A program made the translations under genes and the position numbers. Of a stretch of 64,000 bases of DNA, positions 29,156 to 39,988 are shown piece after piece. Source of the stretch: an uncultured Bacteroidota bacterium (GTDB taxonomy: Bacteria > Bacteroidota > Bacteroidia > 2-12-FULL-35-15); NCBI GenBank assembly GCA_903919535.1, contig CAIXIP010000008.1, positions 952 to 64,951 on the forward strand. Direction: 5' to 3'. Position 1 is the first letter of the stretch; the number at the start of each line of letters is the position of its first letter. The notes beneath the pieces are model-generated. The model searched no databases, was not told the origin of the DNA, and saw only the letters and a program-made list of their open reading frames with translations.

Positions 29156-32026
29156 ATGATAACAACTGATAAATTTGTAAATCGTCATAACGGTCCACGT
29201 GTAAACGATATAAAAAGTATGCTCACAAAAATTGGAGCTAACTCTGTAGATGAATTAATTGACCAAACTATTCCATCAACTATTCGCTTGAAAAAACCTT
29301 TGAGTTTATCAAAAGGAATGACTGAATACCAGTATTTGTCGCACTTACGAGGTATTGCTTCAAAAAATTTAGTTTATAAATCGTATATTGGTTTAGGATA
29401 TTATAACACGATTCTCCCTTCCGTTATTCAACGAAATGTTTTAGAAAATCCAGGCTGGTACACAGCTTATACACCTTATCAGGCTGAGATTTCGCAAGGT
29501 CGCTTGGAAGCACTATTAAATTTCCAAACTATGATCATGGATCTTACAGGAATGGAAATTGCGAATGCCTCATTATTAGATGAAGCTACTGCTGCTGCTG
29601 AAGCAATGGCAATGTTGTTTAGTAACCGTTCACGTGAAGCAGTAAAAAGCGGGGCAAATAAATTTTTTGTTTCTAATGAATGCTTCCCTCAAACGATAGA
29701 TGTTTTAAAAACCCGTTCAACTCCTCTTGGAATTGAAATCGTTATTGGAGATTTCAAAACATTTGAATTAAACAATAGTGTTTATGGAGCTTTGCTTCAA
29801 TATCCAACACAAGATGGTTTAGTTCATGATTATGCAGATTTTGTTAAAAAAGCAAAAGTAAATAACACGGCTATTGCTGTTGCAGCCGATATTTTGAGTT
29901 TGGTATTATTAACTCCTCCAGGTGAATGGGGCGCAGATGTTGTTGTTGGTAACACACAACGTTTTGGTGTGCCAATGGGATATGGCGGACCTCATGCAGC
30001 ATTTTTTGCTTGCCGCGAAGAGTATAAACGAATTTTGCCAGGAAGAATTATTGGTGTTTCGGTTGATGCAGATGGTAATCACGCATTACGTATGGCTTTG
30101 CAAACACGTGAACAACATATTCGTAGAGATAAAGCAACATCAAATATTTGTACAGCACAGGCTCTATTAGCTATCATGGCAAGTATGTATGCCGTATATC
30201 ATGGTCCAGATGGATTAAAAGGAATTGCTGAGCAAGTTCATCTTTCGGCAGTTGTGCTAGCAGCTGAACTAAAAAAATTAGGATTTAAAGTTGAAGAAGG
30301 AATTTTCTTTGATACTATAAAAGTTGTTGGAACAGATAACGTAAAGATCAAAACTTTAGCAGAAGCAGCTCATATTAACTTCCGTTATTCAGAAAGTGCA
30401 ACAGTTATTTCTGTTGACCAAACAACAAGTGCAGAAGATTTGAATGTGATTATTGATGTGTTTGCGAAAGCAGCAGGGAAGGCAGCTTCTGTAACTACGC
30501 AAGAAATTGTTTTTGCACAAAAATCAACAATAAATTATCGTAAATCAGCAATTCTTTCTCATCCTATTTTTAATTCCTATCATTCGGAATCAGAAATGAT
30601 GCGTTATATCAAGCGTTTGGAAAATAAGGATTTGTCTTTAACTCATTCAATGATTTCATTAGGATCATGTACAATGAAATTGAATGCAGCTTCTGAACTA
30701 TTGCCAATTACCTGGTCTGAATTTGCAAATATTCACCCATTTGTTCCAATGGATCAGGCATTGGGATATCAGGAAATAATTTCTGAATTGGATAAATCTT
30801 TAAGTGAGATCACAGGTTTTGAAAAAATGAGTTTTCAGCCAAACTCAGGTGCATCAGGCGAATACGCAGGATTACTTGTTATTCAGGCATATCATCAGTC
30901 ACGTGGTGATGCTCATCGTAACATAGCATTGATTCCTACATCGGCACATGGGACAAATCCGGCAAGTGCTGCAATGGCAGGAATGAAAATTGTTTTAGTG
31001 AAATGTGATGAAAAAGGCAATATCGATGTGAACGATATGCGCGAAAAAGCTCTTCAAAACAAAGATAATTTATCCTGTTTAATGGTTACTTACCCGAGTA
31101 CACATGGTGTTTACGAAGAAAGTATCATAGAAATAACAGATATTATTCATCAAAATGGCGGACAAGTTTATATGGATGGAGCCAACATGAATGCTCAAGT
31201 TGGCTTAACTAGTCCGGGAAATATTGGAGCCGATGTGTGTCACTTAAATTTACATAAAACATTTGCTATCCCTCATGGTGGGGGAGGACCAGGTGTTGGA
31301 CCAATTGGTGTTGCAAAACAGTTAGCACCATTTTTACCATCTCATTCTGTTGTAAAAGTTGGAGGAGAAAAAGGAATTCATGCTGTCTCAGCAGCACCTT
31401 ATGGAAGCGCATTAATTTTATTGATCTCTTATGGATATATTAAAATGATGGGTGGCGAAGGTCTAGCGGAAGCCACACGTATGGCAATCTTGAATGCAAA
31501 TTATATTAAAGAATCTTTAAAAGATCATTATCCAACTTTGTACAGCGGTAAAAATGGGCGTTGTGCTCATGAAATGATACTGGATTGTGTTGCATTTAAA
31601 CGTGAAGGCGGAGTTGAAGTTGGTGATATTGCAAAACGTTTAATGGATTATGGTTACCATGCACCTACGGTTTCTTTCCCTGTGCATGATACCTTGATGA
31701 TTGAGCCAACTGAAAGTGAATCAAAACAAGAACTTGATCGTTTTTGCTCTGCAATGATCTCTATTAAAAATGAAATAGACGAAATTGTTTCCGGAAAATC
31801 TGATAAAGAAGATAACGTAATTAAAAATGCACCTCATACTGCAAAATCGGTAATAACAGATGATTGGAAGCATAGCTATTCACGCGAAAAAGCTGTTTAC
31901 CCATTGAAATGGGTGAAAGACACCAAGTTTTGGCCGAGTGTAGCAAGAGTTGATAATGCCCATGGTGATAGAAACCTTATCTGTGGTTGTTTACCTATTG
32001 AAGCCTATGCTGCAGAACTAGTATAA
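29156..32026 (+). CDS. gcvP: Glycine dehydrogenase (decarboxylating), P protein
   Basis: [57 protein letters not shown]. Start moved to ATG 29156. Confidence 0.97.
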   Translation: MITTDKFVNRHNGPRVNDIKSMLTKIGANSVDELIDQTIPSTIRLKKPLSLSKGMTEYQYLSHLRGIASKNLVYKSYIGLGYYNTILPSVIQRNVLENPGWYTAYTPYQAEISQGRLEALLNFQTMIMDLTGMEIANASLLDEATAAAEAMAMLFSNRSREAVKSGANKFFVSNECFPQTIDVLKTRSTPLGIEIVIGDFKTFELNNSVYGALLQYPTQDGLVHDYADFVKKAKVNNTAIAVAADILSLVLLTPPGEWGADVVVGNTQRFGVPMGYGGPHAAFFACREEYKRILPGRIIGVSVDADGNHALRMALQTREQHIRRDKATSNICTAQALLAIMASMYAVYHGPDGLKGIAEQVHLSAVVLAAELKKLGFKVEEGIFFDTIKVVGTDNVKIKTLAEAAHINFRYSESATVISVDQTTSAEDLNVIIDVFAKAAGKAASVTTQEIVFAQKSTINYRKSAILSHPIFNSYHSESEMMRYIKRLENKDLSLTHSMISLGSCTMKLNAASELLPITWSEFANIHPFVPMDQALGYQEIISELDKSLSEITGFEKMSFQPNSGASGEYAGLLVIQAYHQSRGDAHRNIALIPTSAHGTNPASAAMAGMKIVLVKCDEKGNIDVNDMREKALQNKDNLSCLMVTYPSTHGVYEESIIEITDIIHQNGGQVYMDGANMNAQVGLTSPGNIGADVCHLNLHKTFAIPHGGGGPGVGPIGVAKQLAPFLPSHSVVKVGGEKGIHAVSAAPYGSALILLISYGYIKMMGGEGLAEATRMAILNANYIKESLKDHYPTLYSGKNGRCAHEMILDCVAFKREGGVEVGDIAKRLMDYGYHAPTVSFPVHDTLMIEPTESESKQELDRFCSAMISIKNEIDEIVSGKSDKEDNVIKNAPHTAKSVITDDWKHSYSREKAVYPLKWVKDTKFWPSVARVDNAHGDRNLICGCLPIEAYAAELV

Positions 32027-32124
32027 ATAATTTGCCAAATATTTGGTAATATTAATTTGCTTCTTTAGATTTGTAGCTATTAATAATGTAGAAAATTTAA
32101 ATTAACCAATAAACCCAAAATAAA

Positions 32125-33393
32125 ATGAAAAAAATTTACACAATGATTGCAGCATTGGCAGTGATAGTTTCTGCTACTGCTCAAAACAAACAACTAAATG
32201 ATGCGCCTAAAAAATTAGTACCAAATCCAAAATTACAAGCAGTTACTGATTTAAGTAATTTTAAAGCTAGTACTTCTCAAGATAGAGTATTTTCTGGTTG
32301 GTTAAATTATGCTTTGCAATTAGATGATGCAACTAATGGTTTTTCTCCAGGACTTGCTTCTGCTAGTTTTATGCTTGTGTTTCCTGATACAAATATTATC
32401 TTAGGACAATACACTGATGGATCAACAGCATATCCTCAGTTCCACAAAACAGGAACATGGTTAGACCCTAAAAATATGCCATTCCAAGGTATTAATGCAA
32501 CTGATGCTTATTCATTAGATTCAGTAGGTATCGTTTACGGATATTTAAGAAGTTTAACTTCAACTGTTGTTGATACTTTAAGAATTGATATCGTTAAACA
32601 CAGTGTTGCTCTAGAGTGGACTATGTCAGGTGGTAATTTAGAAACATACCAAGATATTGAGTATGTTCAGGCTACTGATAAAATTGCAGCATCTAATGTT
32701 CTTGCTACTTACTATTATTATTTAACACAAGCTGATTCTTCTAGTACTGCAGCAGAGTTATATATTAAAACTACTTTACCTACACAAGCTGCAGGTAACA
32801 GAATTGGTGCTATTGTTACATTCAAACCAGGTTATTCTTATACAATAACTGATTCAATCAGCAATAAAAATGCATTCTACCTTCTTTCATATGAGCAAAA
32901 TGGTGCAAGCACAGATCCAACATATTATGGAGTTTCTGGAGATGGTACTTCTGATTTAAATTGCTCAATGAGTATACCATCTTCTGTTAGATATAATACT
33001 AATGCAAATGGATGGAATGGTTATTTTATTCCAACTTGGGCTTGGACAACTCCATTCGCATACGAACACCACATCATTGAATTTAAAATTTCAAACCCTC
33101 CAACTGGAATTAATGAATTAGCTTCAAAAGGAGTAAAAGTTGAACAAAATTATCCAAACCCTTGTAACAATTCTACTGCTATTAACTATGAATTAGCTAA
33201 TAATTCAAAAGTTTTATTGTCAGTTTTTGATGTTACTGGAAAAGTTGTTGCAACACAAAATGTTGGAGAACAAAATGCAGGTAAGCACGTAATTAACTTT
33301 AATGCATCAAACCTTTCAGCAGGTCTTTATACTTACTCATTAACTGTAGGTCAAAACACAACTTCAACTATGAAAATGGTTGTTATTAAATAA
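32125..33393 (+). CDS. T9SS type A sorting domain-containing secreted protein
   Basis: Signal peptide; C-terminal QNYPNP...V.L.VFDV.GK...LSAGLY.YSL...KMVVIK. Confidence 0.88.
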   Translation: MKKIYTMIAALAVIVSATAQNKQLNDAPKKLVPNPKLQAVTDLSNFKASTSQDRVFSGWLNYALQLDDATNGFSPGLASASFMLVFPDTNIILGQYTDGSTAYPQFHKTGTWLDPKNMPFQGINATDAYSLDSVGIVYGYLRSLTSTVVDTLRIDIVKHSVALEWTMSGGNLETYQDIEYVQATDKIAASNVLATYYYYLTQADSSSTAAELYIKTTLPTQAAGNRIGAIVTFKPGYSYTITDSISNKNAFYLLSYEQNGASTDPTYYGVSGDGTSDLNCSMSIPSSVRYNTNANGWNGYFIPTWAWTTPFAYEHHIIEFKISNPPTGINELASKGVKVEQNYPNPCNNSTAINYELANNSKVLLSVFDVTGKVVATQNVGEQNAGKHVINFNASNLSAGLYTYSLTVGQNTTSTMKMVVIK

Positions 33394-33413
33394 TTTAATA
33401 TTTATTTAATTTT

Positions 33414-33451
33414 AGAAAGCCCACAATTTATTGTGGGCTTTCTTATTTTTT
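33414..33451 (+). terminator. Intrinsic terminator
   Basis: AGAAAGCCCACAAT-TT-ATTGTGGGCTTTCT perfect stem followed by a T tract. Confidence 0.85.
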
Positions 33452-33537
33452 AATATTTATCGTATAAATTTTCTAAGAACTTATTTTCTATCTTTAGACT
33501 TTATTAATAATTAAGTATCCACAAAAAAATTAATCAC

Positions 33538-34878
33538 ATGAAAAAAATAGTACTTTTTTTAGGAATGAGCAGCATTCTGTTTTGTGCACAGGCCCAACAA
33601 ACACCGGTGTCTGTTAACAATCAAAAAACTACAACTGCAAAACACATGTTATTTGATAAACAAAAGTTTATTGCAAATAAAGGTTTGGCAAATGCTTCAA
33701 GAGCAACAACAGAATCTTTTTGGTTGAACTATGGCGTTAGTCAAGATCAGTTATTAGGTGGTGGTGCAGGTTCTACAGGGCCATCTAAATTGAATTCAAA
33801 TTATCTTTTTCCTGATTCTACTGCTTTTGGCGAATTTGGTGCAGGTAATTTTTCTTCTATTTGGGTTCATCATCTTGGTGATATGCTGGATGTAAAATCA
33901 TCAGTGTTCAATAGTATTGATGGTGTTACCTGGACAGCAGCAACTGCTTATAGCGTTGATTCTATGTCTATCGTTTATGGATACAGCAGAAATGACGCAA
34001 ATACAGCTGTGGTTGATACCCTTGTTGTAACAATGTTTACAAATGCTACATCAACTAATAATCCTAATTCTGGTTTTATTGGAACTACTGCAGCAAATTA
34101 TGCTACTGATACATTGTCATTCAAAAAACTTAAATATCTGCAAGCATCAAATACAGTGGATGCAGTAGGGAAATACACATTTAAAATTCCATTGACGATT
34201 GCGGATACAGCTAATACTTATTACAATGAAAAAGCATTTAAAGTGCCAGTTCCATTTAATGTTCCTGCCGGAAAATTATTATCAACTGATATTCAGTTTA
34301 TCCCAGGATATACTTATGCATTAGGTGATCATATTGATTATGTTCACAATGCATTTTTCTTTACTTCTTATGAAGAAAATGGAAACGCTGGTGGTGCAGG
34401 AACATTCCCAATGTATTATGATTGTAATTATCAATCAGCAGCATGTGATTATAATCTTTCACACATTCTTCCTCAAGATGTTAGATATAATCAAGCTGGA
34501 ACATGGAATGGTTATTTCATCCCAACTTATGCTTATGGTATTACTTATGGTTTTGAGCATCACTTGATCTCTTACAAAGTTGTAAACCCTCCAACTGCAA
34601 TTACTGAGTTGAACAACAATTTTTCTTTAGATCAAAATCAACCAAATCCTTTTAAAGGAGCGACAACAATTAATTACCAATTGAAAAAATATGCTGGTAA
34701 TGTTTCTTTACAAATTTATGATGTAAGAGGAGTAAAACTATATGAAACATCAACATCAAATGTAAAAGCAGGAAATTATTCTGTGGATGTGAAGAATGTT
34801 AGTTTCGCACCAGGATTGTATTTTTATTCACTTGAAGTAGATGGAGCAAGAGTTGCTAAGAAAATGATCGTTGAATAA
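33538..34878 (+). CDS. T9SS type A sorting domain-containing secreted protein (paralog of the upstream gene)
   Basis: Signal peptide; QNQPNPF...IYDVRG...PGLYFYSL...KKMIVE; shares many motifs with 32125-33393. Confidence 0.88.
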   Translation: MKKIVLFLGMSSILFCAQAQQTPVSVNNQKTTTAKHMLFDKQKFIANKGLANASRATTESFWLNYGVSQDQLLGGGAGSTGPSKLNSNYLFPDSTAFGEFGAGNFSSIWVHHLGDMLDVKSSVFNSIDGVTWTAATAYSVDSMSIVYGYSRNDANTAVVDTLVVTMFTNATSTNNPNSGFIGTTAANYATDTLSFKKLKYLQASNTVDAVGKYTFKIPLTIADTANTYYNEKAFKVPVPFNVPAGKLLSTDIQFIPGYTYALGDHIDYVHNAFFFTSYEENGNAGGAGTFPMYYDCNYQSAACDYNLSHILPQDVRYNQAGTWNGYFIPTYAYGITYGFEHHLISYKVVNPPTAITELNNNFSLDQNQPNPFKGATTINYQLKKYAGNVSLQIYDVRGVKLYETSTSNVKAGNYSVDVKNVSFAPGLYFYSLEVDGARVAKKMIVE

Positions 34879-34895
34879 TATTTTAAATTTCTAAT

Positions 34896-34937
34896 AAAAA
34901 ATAACGCCCGGTGAATTTCATCGGGCGTTATTTTTTT
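34896..34937. terminator. Bidirectional intrinsic terminator
   Basis: AAAAAATAACGCCCGGTG-AATTT-CATCGGGCGTTATTTTTT between convergent genes. Confidence 0.85.
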
Positions 34938-34961
34938 AATAAGTAAAACTAAATGTGAGTA

Positions 34962-35714
34962 TCAGAATTTTGATTTTAAGTCTTTCATAAATTTTGTTGC
35001 ATAAACAAAATCACAGACTTCTTTATTTTCCGTTTTCAAGATCTCTTCTTTACTGCCTTCCCACCATTTCTCTCCTTTGTAAATAAACATAATATTATCT
35101 CCGATTTCAATCACCGAATTCATATCATGCGTAATAACTATGGTAGTAATATCATATTCCTCTGTAATTTCTTTAATTAAATTGTCAATTACAATGGATG
35201 TTTTCGGGTCAAGCCCGGAGTTTGGTTCATCACAAAACAAATACTTTGGTTGAACAGCAATTGCGCGGGCAATCGCAACACGTTTTTTCATTCCTCCACT
35301 TAATTCGGAAGGAAATAAATTATTCGCATTTTCAAGATTAACTCTTTGTAAACAAAAATTTGCTCGGTCACGTTTTTCGCTTTCAGTCAAATCAGTAAAC
35401 ATCGAAAGCGGAAACACAACATTTTCTTCTGCTGTTTTAGAATCAAATAATGCTCCTCCTTGAAAAAGCATTCCGATTTCTTTTCTGATTTCTTTTTTTT
35501 CTTTGAAATTTAGTTTGTAAAAATTGCGGTCATCAAATAATACTTCACCTGAATCTATTTCATTTAACCCCACCATGCATTTTAGTAAAGTAGTCTTTCC
35601 TGATCCGCTTTCCCCGATTATCATATTGGTTTTGCCAACCTCAAATGTGAAAGAAATATCTTTGATGACACTGCGATCGAAAAATGATTTTGATATGTTG
35701 TTTATCTGAATCAA
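34962..35714 (-). CDS. mlaF: ABC transporter ATP-binding protein, MlaF/Mkl family
   Basis: GESGSGKT, FQGGALFDS, LSGGMKKRVAIARA, DEPNSGLDP. Confidence 0.85.
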   Translation of the reverse strand: MIQINNISKSFFDRSVIKDISFTFEVGKTNMIIGESGSGKTTLLKCMVGLNEIDSGEVLFDDRNFYKLNFKEKKEIRKEIGMLFQGGALFDSKTAEENVVFPLSMFTDLTESEKRDRANFCLQRVNLENANNLFPSELSGGMKKRVAIARAIAVQPKYLFCDEPNSGLDPKTSIVIDNLIKEITEEYDITTIVITHDMNSVIEIGDNIMFIYKGEKWWEGSKEEILKTENKEVCDFVYATKFMKDLKSKF

Positions 35715-36451
35715 GCTAATAATAATTGAGTTAAAATTAAATCGAAAGCAAGAATTAAAACACTCGTATAAACAACTCCTTTTGTACTAGAGCGACCAAC
35801 CTCCAATGCACCACCATTTGTATAATACCCATGGTATGCTGGCACCGATGCTATTAAAAAAGCAAATACGGCAGATTTAATAAGTGCATATACAACATTA
35901 TAAGGTCTGAAATCATGCGTGATGCCTTCAATAAATTGATTGTCAGAAACAACTCCGGCCATTACGCCAAAAATGTAACCGCCCAAAATGCCCAAAAACA
36001 TGGAGAATATAATAAGAACAGGGTTGAAAAGTACGGATGCAATAATTTTAGGTTGAATTAAATATCCGGCTGAATTTACGCCCATAATTTCTAAGGCATC
36101 AATTTGTTCGGTAACTCTCATGGTGCCAATTTCAGAAGCAATACTAGATCCTACTTTACCTGCTAAAATCAAACTGACAATTGCCGGAGAAAACTCTAGT
36201 ATCATTGAATCGCGCACAGCAACACCAATTGCATAGGTTGGAACAAGGGGGTTTTCGAAATTAAATGCAGATTGAATTGTAATAACTGCACCCATAAAAA
36301 CAGAGATAATTGCAACAATACCTAGCGAGTTGACTCCTAAAATTGTTATCTCTTCAAAAATACGATTACGGAATATCGAAAGCTTTTCGGGTTTGCCGAA
36401 GGAGCGCTTCATTAACATGAAATATCTACCGAAATGGAAAAAAATTTTCAT
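35711..36451 (-). CDS. mlaE: ABC transporter permease, MlaE family
   Basis: AGKVGS.IASEIGTMRVTEQIDALE.MG and GGA.EVG motifs. Confidence 0.88.
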   Translation of the reverse strand: MKIFFHFGRYFMLMKRSFGKPEKLSIFRNRIFEEITILGVNSLGIVAIISVFMGAVITIQSAFNFENPLVPTYAIGVAVRDSMILEFSPAIVSLILAGKVGSSIASEIGTMRVTEQIDALEIMGVNSAGYLIQPKIIASVLFNPVLIIFSMFLGILGGYIFGVMAGVVSDNQFIEGITHDFRPYNVVYALIKSAVFAFLIASVPAYHGYYTNGGALEVGRSSTKGVVYTSVLILAFDLILTQLLLA

Positions 36452-36572
36452 CGAATTCCTAAATTTTGGTTAAAAGTAAGAATAATTTAGCAAATGTTTT
36501 GTCTTAGTATTTTGCAGGAGGATGAGGTGCTAAATAACAAAATCGTATATTTGTTATTATAATCTAATCAAT

Positions 36573-36731
36573 ATGAGATCAAGAAGAAGTTTGTTTTTTT
36601 CGTTTGGAATATTATTCCTTTCACTCTTTTTGTTTTCTGGGTGTTTTATGTTTCATAAAAAGAACCGCTGTGGAGATTGTCCGAAATGGAGTAAAATTGA
36701 AATCCCGGAATCCGCATTAAAACAATTATAG
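36573..36731 (+). CDS. Small putative lipoprotein with CxxCP motif (52 aa, not in the ORF track)
   Basis: Manual translation MRSRRSLFFSFGILFLSLFLFSGCFMFHKKNRCGDCPKWSKIEIPESALKQL. Basic n-region, h-region, lipobox FSGC; TATATTTG at 36546-36553. Confidence 0.65.
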   Translation: MRSRRSLFFSFGILFLSLFLFSGCFMFHKKNRCGDCPKWSKIEIPESALKQL

Positions 36732-36825
36732 AAATTCATTAAATCATCACTAATCTAAAATACCCTCTTTTGGGTATTGCTGCCATTTCGTGATGGTATA
36801 AATTAGGCGTACCTTTGTTGTTACT

Positions 36826-37077
36826 ATGAAAACAGGCTTGAAAAATTTATCTCAATTAAAAATAGGCCAAAGTGCAATTATTGACTCATTTACCGATAAG
36901 GATATGGCGCTTAAATTGCTTGAAATGGGATGTACTCCAGGTGAAGTTGTAAAGCTTGATTGTGTTGCTCCTCTCGGAGATCCAATAGCCATTTTTGTTT
37001 CAGGGTATTTATTAAGTTTGCGAAAAGCAGAAGCTTCAACTGTCCTTGTTTCAGTTATAGCAAATAATAGTAAATAA
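36826..37077 (+). CDS. feoA: Ferrous iron transport protein A
   Basis: KLLEMG..PG...APLGDPI....GY.LSLRK.EA; TACCTTTG at 36810-36817. Confidence 0.93.
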   Translation: MKTGLKNLSQLKIGQSAIIDSFTDKDMALKLLEMGCTPGEVVKLDCVAPLGDPIAIFVSGYLLSLRKAEASTVLVSVIANNSK

Positions 37078-37084
37078 AATATCC

Positions 37085-39232
37085 GTGGACGCGAATCAGT
37101 CATTTGTTAACCTTTCCGAAAAGTCATATATCAAAGTTGCTTTAGTTGGAAATCCTAACTGTGGCAAATCTACATTATTCAATGCCCTTACCGGATTACA
37201 TCAAAAAACAGGAAATTTTCCAGGAGTTACCGTTGATAAAAAAGTAGGGTTTGCAAAATTAAATAATAACGTTACGGCTGAATTTATTGATTTGCCGGGC
37301 ACGTATAGTCTTTATCCAAAATCAATTGATGAGCAGGTTGCTTTTGAGGTGCTTTGCAATCCTGATAATGTGAATCATCCTGATGTTACAATTGTTGTTG
37401 CTGATGCAAGTAATTTAAAACGGAATTTGTTTTTAGTTTCTCAGATCATTGATCTTAGAATTCCTGTTATTCTTGCTTTAAATATGATGGACCTGGTGGA
37501 GAAGGAAGGCATCGTAATTGATGCTGTTCGTCTGTCAGAAAAGCTTGGAGTAAAAGTGATTGCGATAAGCGCAAGAAAAAAAGAAGGTGTCGAGCAATTA
37601 AAAAATTTATTATCCGAACCATTGCCAATTCCGCAATATGATTTTATTGATGTTAAAAAAATTGCACCCGAACTGGTTGAAAATGTCAGGAAAATAATAA
37701 AATTAAATAGTGATTTTGCTGCATTTCAAACAATCAGCAATTTTTCTGAAATACATTATTTTGATAATCATCCAGATAAAAAAGGGAAGTTAACAGCCTT
37801 GTTTAATTCGGCTTCAATAGACAGAAACAGTTTACAAACAGAGGAAAGTGTTGAGCGATATAAAGTTATAAACCGGATAGCAATTGAATGTGTTACGAGT
37901 CGTTCAGCAATAAAAACAGATACATTCACTCATAAGCTGGATAGCATATTAACTCATCGATTTTGGGGTTATGCTATTTTCCTGATCATCTTATTTTTTA
38001 TTTTTCAAACTATATTTTTTGTAGCGGCTTATCCGATGGAGTGGATTGAGAGTTTGTTTACTCATCTTTCAGCATGGGCAACAATATCCCTTCCTCCAGG
38101 TGAACTGACTAATTTATTTATAAATGGAATTTTAGCAGGATTAAGCGGTGTAGTTGTTTTCGTTCCTCAAATAGCATTGTTATTTGCTTTTATTGGAATA
38201 CTTGAAGATACAGGTTACATGGCACGTGTAAGTTTTATCATGGACAAGCTAATGCGAAGATTCGGATTGAACGGACGGTCCGTAATTCCTTTAATTAGTG
38301 GTGTTGCTTGTGCTGTTCCTGCAATCATGAGTACACGTACCATCAGTAGCTGGAAAGAACGTATAATTTCTATCATGATAACTCCCTTGATGAGTTGTTC
38401 GGCACGTTTGCCAGTTTATACATTGTTGATTTCTCTGGTTGTGCCCTCTGCAAAAAACTCTGGTTTTTTTAATTATCAGGGATTAATATTAATGGGACTT
38501 TACCTTATTGGTTTTATTGCTGCCATTAGTGCTGCCTGGGTAATGAAATGGATATTGAAGGCGCGTGAAAAAAGTTATTTCATAATGGAGTTGCCCGTGT
38601 ATCGCACGCCTCAGTGGCGCACCGTTGGGCTAACAATTTACGATAAAGTAAAAGTTTTTTTATGGGATGCCGGAAAAATAATTGTTGCAATCTCAGTGAT
38701 ACTTTGGTATTTATCCACACATGCACCCAGCGAGAGGTTTCAAACAATTGAAAAAAAATATAATACTCCCGAATTATCAATGAAATATAATTCAGAAGAG
38801 CGTCAGGCAAAAATTGCAGCAGAAAAATTAGAAGCCTCTTATGCCGGAATTCTTGGAAAGTCGATAGAGCCGGCTATTGCGCCTTTAGGTTTTGACTGGA
38901 AGATTGGAATAGCATTGGTTACTTCTTTTGCTGCACGCGAAGTGTTTGTTGGTACAATGGCTACAATTTATAGTGCAGGAGGTAAAGATAATACTCAATC
39001 CATACGAGATAAAATGCAAGCGGAGGTTGATGAAAAAACAGGTTTGCCGAAATTTACTATGGCTGTAGGTTTTTCTCTTCTTATCTTTTATGCATTTGCA
39101 ATGCAATGTATGAGTACGCTTGCCGTTGTTTATAGAGAAACGAAGAATTGGAAATGGCCAGTAATTCAATTCGCTTATATGAGTGTTTTAGCATATGTTT
39201 CCAGCTTTATCGTTTATCATCTTTTGAAATAA
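37085..39232 (+). CDS. feoB: Ferrous iron transport protein B
   Basis: GNPNCGKS, GNFPGVTV, DLPGTYS, NMMD, LEDTGYMAR, PLMSCSARLP. Confidence 0.97.
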   Translation: MDANQSFVNLSEKSYIKVALVGNPNCGKSTLFNALTGLHQKTGNFPGVTVDKKVGFAKLNNNVTAEFIDLPGTYSLYPKSIDEQVAFEVLCNPDNVNHPDVTIVVADASNLKRNLFLVSQIIDLRIPVILALNMMDLVEKEGIVIDAVRLSEKLGVKVIAISARKKEGVEQLKNLLSEPLPIPQYDFIDVKKIAPELVENVRKIIKLNSDFAAFQTISNFSEIHYFDNHPDKKGKLTALFNSASIDRNSLQTEESVERYKVINRIAIECVTSRSAIKTDTFTHKLDSILTHRFWGYAIFLIILFFIFQTIFFVAAYPMEWIESLFTHLSAWATISLPPGELTNLFINGILAGLSGVVVFVPQIALLFAFIGILEDTGYMARVSFIMDKLMRRFGLNGRSVIPLISGVACAVPAIMSTRTISSWKERIISIMITPLMSCSARLPVYTLLISLVVPSAKNSGFFNYQGLILMGLYLIGFIAAISAAWVMKWILKAREKSYFIMELPVYRTPQWRTVGLTIYDKVKVFLWDAGKIIVAISVILWYLSTHAPSERFQTIEKKYNTPELSMKYNSEERQAKIAAEKLEASYAGILGKSIEPAIAPLGFDWKIGIALVTSFAAREVFVGTMATIYSAGGKDNTQSIRDKMQAEVDEKTGLPKFTMAVGFSLLIFYAFAMQCMSTLAVVYRETKNWKWPVIQFAYMSVLAYVSSFIVYHLLK

Positions 39233-39244
39233 ATAAACCCCTCG

Positions 39245-39868
39245 ATGAATCAGTTGGAACGAAATCAATCCATCCTTCATAAATATATTCCCGAAAAGGC
39301 TGTTCCAACAATTTCAGAATGGATCTTTAAATTCGATTTCAAATTACGAATTAAAAAAAGCCGATCTACTAAATTAGGGGATTATCGTCCGCCATTTAAA
39401 GGACAAAATCATTTGATCACAATCAATTATGATATGAATAAGTATGCATTTTTAATTACGCTTATTCATGAAGTTGCACACTTGTCAAATTGGAATAAAC
39501 ATAAGGATAGCGTAAAACCACATGGTGAGGAATGGAAAATTCATTATAAATTATTGATGCAGCAATTTTTAATTCCTGACGTGTTTCCTGGTGATGTAAT
39601 TATAGCATTAAGAAAGTATATGAACAACCCTGCAGCATCTTCCTGTTCAGATACCAATTTGTTGCGTGTGTTAAAACGATACGATGATAAACAAAATACT
39701 GTAATGTTAGAAGATTTAAAGGAAGGATGCACTTTTTCATATAATGAAGATCGTATATTTATTAAGGGAGAAAAAGTACGTAAACGTTTTAAGTGTCAAG
39801 AAATAAAATCCAAACGAATGTACTTATTTAACCCTCTTACTGAAGTGGTAGAGGTTGTTGTTGCTTAA
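39245..39868 (+). CDS. SprT-like domain protein
   Basis: R.TKLGDYR, TLIHEVAH, PHG.EWK. Confidence 0.85.
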   Translation: MNQLERNQSILHKYIPEKAVPTISEWIFKFDFKLRIKKSRSTKLGDYRPPFKGQNHLITINYDMNKYAFLITLIHEVAHLSNWNKHKDSVKPHGEEWKIHYKLLMQQFLIPDVFPGDVIIALRKYMNNPAASSCSDTNLLRVLKRYDDKQNTVMLEDLKEGCTFSYNEDRIFIKGEKVRKRFKCQEIKSKRMYLFNPLTEVVEVVVA

Positions 39869-39988
39869 TTTCTTCTGGTTCTTTAAAAACGGGCAATAAT
39901 TAATCAACAAAATGCTTCAGCTACAAGGTTTTTATTAAATTTGTTATCCGTTAAAAATGCATACCATTTAAATTTAAAATATAATTAT

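Noticed and set aside
36540..36825. Fur box upstream of feoAB
   Set aside because: The region is AT-rich, but I could not distinguish a convincing palindrome from background.
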